Shown here: positions 1 through 5,898 of the stretch, one piece after another
Layout: every line of letters starts with the position of its first letter
Position numbering within the stretch: position 1 is the first letter of the stretch
IMG/VR virus record: IMGVR_UViG_2541047163_000022
Reading direction: 5' to 3' (one strand)
DNA from: a virus
Taxonomy: Duplodnaviria; Heunggongvirae; Uroviricota; Caudoviricetes
Length of the DNA: 8,081 bases
Notes under the pieces: generated by a model
Told to the model about the DNA's origin: nothing
Databases searched by the model: none
What the model saw: the letters and a program-made list of their open reading frames with translations, nothing else
Translations under genes and position numbers: made by a program

Positions 1-23
1 CCGGAATTGAAGCAGTTTTTACG

Positions 24-578
24 TCAAAAAGCAATAACTTTTTTCTCTATACCAAAAGCCATAACCATTGGTTTGTACAAAATAAATTCTGCCACCTTTA
101 GCCAATGCTCAATGCGTCTTTCACAGGTTCTTAAACTCCATTCCGGATGTGCATCATTCAGCAATTCAGCCATTTTGCGCTTAGTCATCCCCCGCCCCAC
201 ATAACGCTGACTCAGAACATTGAGCAGCCCGGGATAACCTGCCAGTACTTCACCAATAACCCTGTCGATTATTAACGCCTCTGAATCGGTACAATGCACC
301 AGCCAGCTTTTTTGCTTGCCGTTGATCATATCCCGCAAAAAAGCCTCAAGTTTAGGTTTGTCCAGACCTGCTTTTTTCATCCTCCGGAGCGCCTCGTTAA
401 TTGCCGTTTTTGTCAGCTTTTTAGAGGTCAGCAACTGGTTGAACATATTTCCCGTCTTACCGCCGCCAATATACGACCAGCGCCCCCACATACGTAGTTT
501 CCCCTGAATCCAGACACTTTCCAGCGTGGTGAGACGAAGGTGCTCTCCGCTTTTTCCTGTGTTCGTTGGGTAAATCAT
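24..578 (-). CDS. Lambdoid-phage protein of uncertain function; it sits immediately 3' of the DUF1367/DUF1364-like pair, where Q-type late antiterminators usually lie, but the family is not confirmed
   Basis: ORF track 24..698 (224 aa). Preferred start is the internal ATG at 578 (MIYPTNTGKSG...), which overlaps the upstream gene's stop as ATGA (+ strand tcat at 575-578) and has AAGGA about 10 nt upstream. The 698 start would overlap the upstream gene by 124 bp. No motif I can assign with certainty. Confidence 0.5.
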   Translation of the reverse strand: MIYPTNTGKSGEHLRLTTLESVWIQGKLRMWGRWSYIGGGKTGNMFNQLLTSKKLTKTAINEALRRMKKAGLDKPKLEAFLRDMINGKQKSWLVHCTDSEALIIDRVIGEVLAGYPGLLNVLSQRYVGRGMTKRKMAELLNDAHPEWSLRTCERRIEHWLKVAEFILYKPMVMAFGIEKKVIAF

Positions 579-865
579 AAATAACCGTCCTTTCTCCAGA
601 TCTCTTGTGTGCGAAAAACACCTTCTGCATGCATCAGGCGCAATTCTTCTTTGGTGTAATCGCTGGTTTTTACTCTCCCGTCGATTAAATCGTGGCATGA
701 GTTACAGGCAATCGCTGCCTGCATATCGTGTGGCTTTATCGCTGTTCCGCACGTTCCCGCCAGCCTGTAATGCGCCAGCACAGAGGTTTCGGGATTGTGA
801 TTGCAGTAGCCAGGGATTCTGATCTGGCATATCTGGCCTTTAGCCGCTTTACGTAAATTCACCAT
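575..865 (-). CDS. Small Cys/His-rich prophage protein, DUF1364 (YbcO-like) type as I recall the family; putative zinc-binding nin-region protein
   Basis: 96-aa ORF with clustered Cys/His (GYCNHNPE, CGT, CNSCHD). Its start overlaps the stop of the upstream gene as TAATG (863-867 on the - strand), indicating translational coupling. Backbone-like GC. Confidence 0.65.
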   Translation of the reverse strand: MVNLRKAAKGQICQIRIPGYCNHNPETSVLAHYRLAGTCGTAIKPHDMQAAIACNSCHDLIDGRVKTSDYTKEELRLMHAEGVFRTQEIWRKDGYL

Positions 866-1464
866 TACGCAAACTCCAGTAGTTGTGCGGCCACATTTTC
901 AACTTCCTCCTGAGAGGAGAATTTACGGAACAGAATCCAGTTCCACAGCACATTCAGTACAGATTTATAAACCTGCTGAAACTCGACTTCGTCCATATTC
1001 GCAAAAGCGATGGATTTTGCCCGACGCCCACGGCTACCGTCCGGATAAATATGCTCGGTGTAAAATCCGGCCTGAATGGTTACCCACTCGCGGAAAGCCT
1101 CAAACGACTTTAGCAACGCCGTATCCCGGGTTCTACGAGTCGCAACGGTGTTAAGGTATTGCTCTGCGGCATCACTCAGGGCTGGCGTGTGTTCCCGACC
1201 AACTGATTCGCACAGGTAATCAACGAAACCAGACAGCAGTTCTCGTTCGCGAGGCGTGATCGCCCCACCGACCGGAGTCCAGTAATCGAATCCCAGTTGC
1301 AGGAGTTTGAAAAAACGCTTGTGGAATGCGTAGTTACGCACACGCTTAAAATCTGCGTGTATCCACTCACCTATTTTGATTTGATGCAGAAAATCGCAAC
1401 TCTCCGGCGTCGCCGGGAGAAGTAAACCAGAAGAAGTTTGTTTGACCAGTTGTATATGCGCCAT
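865..1464 (-). CDS. Conserved prophage protein, DUF1367-like (family recalled, not verified)
   Basis: 199-aa ORF; stop overlaps the start of the downstream Cys/His-rich gene (TAATG); GAGA-type Shine-Dalgarno upstream of the ATG at 1464. The 83-aa ORF 1367..1618 in another frame overlaps its N-terminus and is judged spurious. Confidence 0.65.
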   Translation of the reverse strand: MAHIQLVKQTSSGLLLPATPESCDFLHQIKIGEWIHADFKRVRNYAFHKRFFKLLQLGFDYWTPVGGAITPRERELLSGFVDYLCESVGREHTPALSDAAEQYLNTVATRRTRDTALLKSFEAFREWVTIQAGFYTEHIYPDGSRGRRAKSIAFANMDEVEFQQVYKSVLNVLWNWILFRKFSSQEEVENVAAQLLEFA

Positions 1465-1883
1465 TTCTCAATCTCTCGATGGCGCAGTGCAGCAGATGCC
1501 AGTTGTTCAAGCTAGCACGCAAATTGTAAACCAGAATGCCAGGAAAAAACAAAACCCGCCGAAGCTGGTTGTGTGCGGTTGCGTTGAAGTCTCCTAGCCA
1601 AAGAGTAGCGGTGACCACTCCCCGCCGATAATCTTAGTTGTTTAATTTCGTAAGCTAACTAGGCTAAAAGCTCTCTGTTGTCTGCCTGTTGTACAATTAA
1701 CAAAATGAACAACGAACTAGATATACCAACGCCAGAATGGTGCAACAAATCCCAAACAACACAGCAATGCAACAATAACATATGTTATTTTCCTCTCACG
1801 GGATTCAGTCCTGAATTCTCATAAAGCTAATCTTTTTTTAAAAACATACTGTTAGATCACATGCACTTTCTTTCTTAACATCG

Positions 1884-1911
1884 TTGACTTCGCATGCGAA
1901 GCGTTTAAAAT
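1884..1911 (+). promoter_or_regulatory. Sigma70-type promoter for the GHKL operon, with an embedded 14-bp perfect palindrome (candidate operator)
   Basis: TTGACT at 1884-1889, 16-nt spacer, TAAAAT at 1906-1911; predicted start about 1918, about 45 nt before the ATG at 1964. The perfect palindrome CTTCGCATGCGAAG at 1888-1901 spans the -35/spacer junction. Confidence 0.45.
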
Positions 1912-1963
1912 CAACAATTTGCACTTAAGGTATTTATTTTCCCAAACACATAGAGAGTAAATT

Positions 1964-3355
1964 ATGACTGAGAACACGACTCCAACAGCAGACTTTAGTC
2001 CTAGTAAAAGATTTTTTGTAAGTATGCTAACTCGAGATATCGACTTAAACGATGCCATACTTGATCTGCTTGATAACTGCGTCGATGGGGCTTTACGTAC
2101 AATAAAAGACACAAAAAAAACTTCAAAACCATATGAAGGATTTTATGCGAAACTTACGATTAATAAAGATGTCTTTATTATAGAAGACAATTGCGGAGGT
2201 ATCCCTAAAAGCTTCCGAGAATATGCTTTTAAAATGGGACGACCCCATCAAAAAGAAGAAGAAAATGAAGGCACCGTTGGCGTCTATGGTATTGGTATGA
2301 AAAGAGCCATTTTTAAAATGGGTAGAGATTGCTCAATACAATCGAATAATCCCGATGGCGCATTCACTGTAGATATAACACCTGATTGGATCGATGGTGA
2401 TGGTTGGAAAATACCGATGCACGAGAGTGACTATGATAACAAAAATCCAACAGGCACAACTATAGAGATAAAAAAACTCCATTCTAATGTGGCACAAAAA
2501 TTTAATGAGAGCACATATCTTACTGATCTCTTTTTACAGATAAAACACTCATTGTCATTTATTATTCAAAAAGGATTTAAAATAGAATTAAATGGAGTTG
2601 TTGTTGAACATAATCCGATTAACATCATAACTGATCATTCTAAAATAGAACCATACATATATAAAGCTAAAATAGACGATGTTGATATCGATTTAGTTGT
2701 TGGCTTCTATAAAAATTTAGAAGATGACAATGATGATGTTTTAGAAAAAAGGAGTTCTGATGATGCTGGATGGACTGTCATTTGCAATGACCGCGTTGTT
2801 CTATATTGTGATAAGACACATCTCACAGGTTGGGGCTTTGCTAATGTACCAAGGTTTCATACCCAATTTATAGCAATTTCTGGGGTTGTTCGCTTTACCA
2901 GTAAAAACCCAGAAAAATTACCAATAACAACAACGAAACGAGGTGTCGATCTTAGTTCTACATTGTACAATGATGTACGAAATAAAATGATTGAAGGGAT
3001 GATGCATTTTATTCGATTCACCAATCAGTGGAAAGGTGAGCATCTTGAAGAAGGGAAAAAATTACTTAAGTCAGCTCAGTCACATGAAGCTCAATCTTTA
3101 TTTGAAATTACCCCACAATCAACTCCAGAAGATAAAAAAAATAACTGGTCCAACCCTAATAGAAACAAAAATGAGTGGCGATATACACCTAAGCTGCCTA
3201 CCCCAGTAAAAAAAAGCTCTACTGTACGAATAATCTTCACCAGAGAGAAAGAAGATGTTAAAATTTTATCTAAATATTTCTTTGGACATGAAGATGCTAG
3301 CGCTTCTGATGTGGGGATGCAATGCTTTGATACGGTGATTGAAGAGGTGAAGTGA
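1964..3355 (+). CDS. GHKL-superfamily (Bergerat-fold) ATPase with N-terminal ATPase domain, MORC/MutL/GyrB-like arrangement; function in this context unknown
   Basis: 463 aa. Motif I D34-LLD-N38-CVDGA (E/DxxxNxxD N-box; codons checked at 2063-2092). Motif II IEDNCGGIP at residues 74-81 (compare GyrB-type DNGRGIP). Motif III G106-VY-G109-I-G111 (GxxGxG). ATG at 1964 preceded by an AGAGAG weak Shine-Dalgarno. Low GC. The stop TGA at 3353-3355 overlaps the next gene's start. Confidence 0.85.
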   Translation: MTENTTPTADFSPSKRFFVSMLTRDIDLNDAILDLLDNCVDGALRTIKDTKKTSKPYEGFYAKLTINKDVFIIEDNCGGIPKSFREYAFKMGRPHQKEEENEGTVGVYGIGMKRAIFKMGRDCSIQSNNPDGAFTVDITPDWIDGDGWKIPMHESDYDNKNPTGTTIEIKKLHSNVAQKFNESTYLTDLFLQIKHSLSFIIQKGFKIELNGVVVEHNPINIITDHSKIEPYIYKAKIDDVDIDLVVGFYKNLEDDNDDVLEKRSSDDAGWTVICNDRVVLYCDKTHLTGWGFANVPRFHTQFIAISGVVRFTSKNPEKLPITTTKRGVDLSSTLYNDVRNKMIEGMMHFIRFTNQWKGEHLEEGKKLLKSAQSHEAQSLFEITPQSTPEDKKNNWSNPNRNKNEWRYTPKLPTPVKKSSTVRIIFTREKEDVKILSKYFFGHEDASASDVGMQCFDTVIEEVK

Positions 3356-4344
3356 TGTCTGGACAATACATTCCCTATCACTTAAGGCATAATAAGTCTA
3401 TTGATAGAGAGATTTTTCTCGAAAGCCTAAACCTCTTAAGCAAAAGACTAAATATTCAAGAATATACATATATAGGTTTTGGTGGTCCGATGCTTGAAGA
3501 TTTTAGAATCATGCATAATCGTATCGCTCTTTCTGATATGATTTCTCTCGAAGAACAAGAGTCTACTCACATCAGACAAAAATATAATTTGCCTTATAAT
3601 TGTATTGATTGTAAGCTAATATCAGCTCATGACTTTATTCTTGATTATAGTTTTTCTAAACCATCAATAACATGGTTAGACTATGCCTCCCCGAAAAAAA
3701 TACAAACGGATCTAGATGATATACACTTACTAAGTACTAAAGTAAGCTCTTTTGATATTTTGAAGGTCACCTTCCCCATAAATCCTAGTTCTTATTACCA
3801 ACGTAGAGTTGGAGAAAGTTTAGATATTTTTAAAGAAGCTTTTATTAATTCATTAAAATCATTGCTTGGGAAAAAGTATCTTGATTTTAATCTTCAGATA
3901 TCAAATGCAGATCTTTCAGATCGTAAGATTAAAGCTCTTTTAATACGAATTATTACAAACGCTTTTAGATCAGCAATAGAACGTGGTCTTTCAGGACGTA
4001 AGGATAAGATTCAGTATTACCCATTATCCTTAAATCAATATAATGATGGCAGTCATACCATGTTGACAATATCAGGTTTTTTCTCCTCAGAACAAGAATA
4101 TATAGAGTTATCTAAGGCATGCGACCTTTCTAACTGGCAATTTTATTCAACAAATTGGGAAGACGTGCAAGAAATAGCAATACCAACACTAACAATTAAA
4201 GAAAAGATAAATTTAGATAGTAAACTGCCTGATAAAGAAGCATATCAGGCAGCCGCTGAAGAGTTCTCTTTAAACGAAAATGAACGGGATAACTATTATA
4301 AATACTATAGGTTATACCCTAACTTCCAAAGAATTATGGTTTAA
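3352..4344 (+). CDS. Hypothetical protein, translationally coupled partner of the GHKL ATPase; no recognisable catalytic motif (candidate effector or specificity subunit)
   Basis: 330-aa ORF. GTG at 3352 and ATG at 3355 both overlap the upstream stop (GTGATG); GAGGTGA Shine-Dalgarno at 3343-3349 favours the ATG at 3355. I found no PD-(D/E)xK, HNH, HEPN or Walker motif by eye. Same low GC as the upstream gene. Confidence 0.7.
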   Translation: MMSGQYIPYHLRHNKSIDREIFLESLNLLSKRLNIQEYTYIGFGGPMLEDFRIMHNRIALSDMISLEEQESTHIRQKYNLPYNCIDCKLISAHDFILDYSFSKPSITWLDYASPKKIQTDLDDIHLLSTKVSSFDILKVTFPINPSSYYQRRVGESLDIFKEAFINSLKSLLGKKYLDFNLQISNADLSDRKIKALLIRIITNAFRSAIERGLSGRKDKIQYYPLSLNQYNDGSHTMLTISGFFSSEQEYIELSKACDLSNWQFYSTNWEDVQEIAIPTLTIKEKINLDSKLPDKEAYQAAAEEFSLNENERDNYYKYYRLYPNFQRIMV

Positions 4345-5463
4345 ATATTCGGGCTGTACTCTTTTATTTAATAAATTGTACAGCCCCTTTAATATATATT
4401 CAGCAACTATTGGTGACACGCTATTTCCTATTTGTCTGAAACTATGCCATTTAGTTACATGAAAGCGAAACCAATCAGGGAAGCCTTGTAATCTAGCAGC
4501 TTCTCTTGGTGTAATCACTCTTGGATGATAAGGGTGGATCGGCCTGACGGCTTGAAAGCTTCCTTTATCTCTAGCGGTTCCCGCCCTTAAAGTCGGGCAA
4601 AAACCATTTGGATCTAATCTTGTAGATCTTGAAATTTTATCAGTTTCCCCAAAAGATAAGGAAGCATAACGCTCTTGGACGATTTTGCTATGTAATGTTC
4701 CGGTACATCCAGATATGATATTATTTTTTAACTTAGCGATCGATTCTGTATCACCAACATTCCGAGGGATCTGCCCCCATAATTTTTCATAAAATCCCCC
4801 TTTTCGATCTTTTTTAATTGTTCGCCAACTCTCAGAGTCTGATTGCCAATTGGCATCGATAATATCTGGTAATCCATACAAAGCATCTTTTACAGTAACC
4901 GGATCAATCATTTTAGGCATAAATACTTCATCTGAAATATCAAGCTTCAATGATTTTTTTACACCGATAAAAAAATATCTAGTTCGAATAGTTGGAGCAC
5001 CATAATCAGATGCTTTTACCTTGATGGGATCAAGAATATCATAATCACCGCTAACCAAATTAAATGCTTTATTTCTAATGCCAGAATATTTCTCTTGCAT
5101 AATACCTGGAACATTTTCTGCCAAAAAGAATAATGGCTGTAATTCTGATACTAAACGGTAGAAATGCATGTAAAGCTGATTCCTGCTATCATCAGGATTC
5201 CCCTTGCCTATTGAACTAAATCCTTGGCACGGAGGACCGCCAATAATACCATCTATGGGCATATCGTTTTTAAAAAAACCCTTAATTATTTCTGCATTTA
5301 GTAAAGAAACATCTTCTTGGACGTGCAAACTTCTTGGAAAATTAATTGCGTGAGTATTAATAGCATGTTGATCAATTTCAACTGCCATTTTAACATCAAA
5401 TCCAGCACGTGCAGCACCAAGACTTAGACCTCCAACGCCAGAAAACAAATCTATTACATTCAT
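4312..5463 (-). CDS. DNA (cytosine-5)-methyltransferase (Dcm/M.HhaI-type C5-MTase), full length, non-permuted
   Basis: 383 aa. Motif I FSGVGG (residues 7-12); motif IV GGPPCQGFS with catalytic Cys79 (TGC, rc of gca at 5227-5229); motif VI FFLAENVPG (E116-N117-V118); motif VIII-like PTIRTRYFFIGV; motif IX REAARLQGFPDWFRF; motif X GNSVSPIVAEYI. Variable region between VIII and IX about 150 aa. ATG at 5463. Confidence 0.92.
   Translation of the reverse strand: MNVIDLFSGVGGLSLGAARAGFDVKMAVEIDQHAINTHAINFPRSLHVQEDVSLLNAEIIKGFFKNDMPIDGIIGGPPCQGFSSIGKGNPDDSRNQLYMHFYRLVSELQPLFFLAENVPGIMQEKYSGIRNKAFNLVSGDYDILDPIKVKASDYGAPTIRTRYFFIGVKKSLKLDISDEVFMPKMIDPVTVKDALYGLPDIIDANWQSDSESWRTIKKDRKGGFYEKLWGQIPRNVGDTESIAKLKNNIISGCTGTLHSKIVQERYASLSFGETDKISRSTRLDPNGFCPTLRAGTARDKGSFQAVRPIHPYHPRVITPREAARLQGFPDWFRFHVTKWHSFRQIGNSVSPIVAEYILKGLYNLLNKRVQPEYLNHNSLEVRV
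4351..4386 (+). terminator. Stem-loop immediately 3' of the GHKL operon (possible terminator or RNA-stability element), embedded in the 3' coding end of the convergent methyltransferase
   Basis: GGGCTGTAC (4351-4359) and GTACAGCCC (4378-4386) form a 9-bp perfect inverted repeat around an 18-nt AT-rich loop, followed by CCCTTTAATATATATT. It begins 7 nt after the TAA at 4342-4344. The loop is long for a canonical intrinsic terminator. Confidence 0.3.
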
Positions 5464-5495
5464 ATAGTTGCAACGTCTCTTATTAGTTTCTATGT

Positions 5496-5525
5496 ATTAT
5501 AACACAACTGTTCTTGATGTTTTAA
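5496..5525 (-). promoter_or_regulatory. Sigma70-type promoter with extended -10 for the methyltransferase
   Basis: - strand reads TTAAAA (5525-5520), 18-nt spacer, TGTTATAAT (5504-5496), i.e. TGn plus a consensus TATAAT. Predicted start about 5489, about 26 nt before the ATG at 5463. Confidence 0.45.
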
Positions 5526-5725
5526 CCCCATAAGATAACCTCATAAAGGCTATCCCTTGAAAATACCGGATCGCATAAATTTAATCTTTCAAAACTACTT
5601 GTCTATTAATCGAGCAATTTAAGGTTGTTTTAGTCATGTCGATACCGACATAGTTAACTAAACCCATTTCATCGTCCAACAAATGGGGGTAATACACTTT
5701 GATTTATAGTCGGGTGGGTTTTTCT

Positions 5726-5761
5726 CTATCTGCCTTTGGTGTTCATGCCCAAGGCAGATAG
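5726..5761. repeat. Near-perfect 12-13 bp inverted repeat (hairpin or protein-binding palindrome) near the right edge of the islet
   Basis: Left arm TATCTGCCTTTGG at 5727-5739, right arm CCAAGGCAGATA at 5749-5760, 9-nt loop, one bulged T, plus a closing C5726-G5761 pair. No U-run follows on either strand, so it is not a canonical intrinsic terminator. Confidence 0.5.
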
Positions 5762-5814
5762 CCTCAAGCACCCGCAGCAATTCTACTTAACTATCCTTTT
5801 CCCGCAAATCGTTT

Positions 5815-5898
5815 TTATCCCCAGCGGCAAATCGAATACACCACCAGCGCCACCGCCATCGCAATTCCTACCGTTGTGAATGCTTCAGGCCAGGTCAT
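5815..5898 (-). CDS. Possible small hydrophobic peptide (27 aa) coupled to the upstream DUF551-like gene; alternatively the remnant of a gene truncated by the islet insertion
   Basis: Hand translation of the - strand gives MTWPEAFTTVGIAMAVALVVYSICRWG then TAA. Its ATG (5898..5896) overlaps the upstream TGA (5897..5895) as ATGA. Backbone-like GC. Too short for the ORF track. Confidence 0.2.
   Translation of the reverse strand: MTWPEAFTTVGIAMAVALVVYSICRWG

Larger units (their letters stand above)
1650..5700. other. Low-GC accessory islet (moron-like insertion) in the prophage backbone, carrying the GHKL-ATPase operon and a C5-methyltransferase
   Basis: Abrupt compositional shift: sampled 60-nt stretches inside are about 23-47% GC versus about 45-58% in the flanks (hand counts). 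The flanking genes are all - strand phage-type genes, whereas the islet has its own promoters and a + strand operon. Boundaries are approximate (within about 50 bp). Confidence 0.6.

Noticed and set aside
294-1154. Several + strand ORFs (294..497, 316..507, 607..822, 883..1113, 885..1154)
   Set aside because: All are antisense to the coupled - strand phage genes and are typical shadow ORFs of GC-rich coding sequence.
1176-1370. 64-aa - strand ORF inside the DUF1367-like gene
   Set aside because: An alternative frame fully nested in a better-supported gene.
1367-1618. 83-aa ORF on the - strand upstream of and overlapping the DUF1367-like gene
   Set aside because: It is in a different frame, overlaps the better-supported gene's N-terminus by about 100 bp, and has low-complexity composition with no ribosome-binding site. 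Most likely a chance ORF in GC-rich sequence.
1550-1640. GC-rich non-coding stretch checked for a tRNA or attachment-site signature
   Set aside because: I could not draw any cloverleaf, found no conserved T-arm-like GTTC...A motif and no CCA-proximal acceptor pairing, and no integrase is nearby. I do not call a tRNA.
1705-1824. 39-aa Cys-containing + strand ORF (MNNELDIPTPEWCNKSQTTQQCNNNICYFPLTGFSPEFS) at the left edge of the islet
   Set aside because: No Shine-Dalgarno or promoter in front and low-complexity N/Q-rich composition; nothing supports translation. It could still be checked as a tiny regulator, but I do not call it.
1833-1844. TTTTTTTAAAAA run after a short ATTCAG/CTGAAT dyad, considered as a terminator for an upstream + strand transcript
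   Set aside because: The dyad has only a 2-nt loop and about 6 bp of stem and there is no + strand gene upstream. More likely AT-rich promoter-proximal (UP-element-like) sequence than a terminator.
1852-2112. 86-aa - strand ORF overlapping the GHKL promoter and gene start
   Set aside because: It is antisense to the well-supported ATPase gene and promoter; an AT-rich chance ORF.
3091-3381. 96-aa - strand ORF inside the GHKL / partner junction
   Set aside because: Antisense to two coupled, motif-supported genes; no independent signals.
4280-4462. 60-aa + strand ORF overlapping the 3' end of the methyltransferase
   Set aside because: It lies within the MTase coding region on the opposite strand, downstream of the + operon's stop and stem-loop; no start signals.
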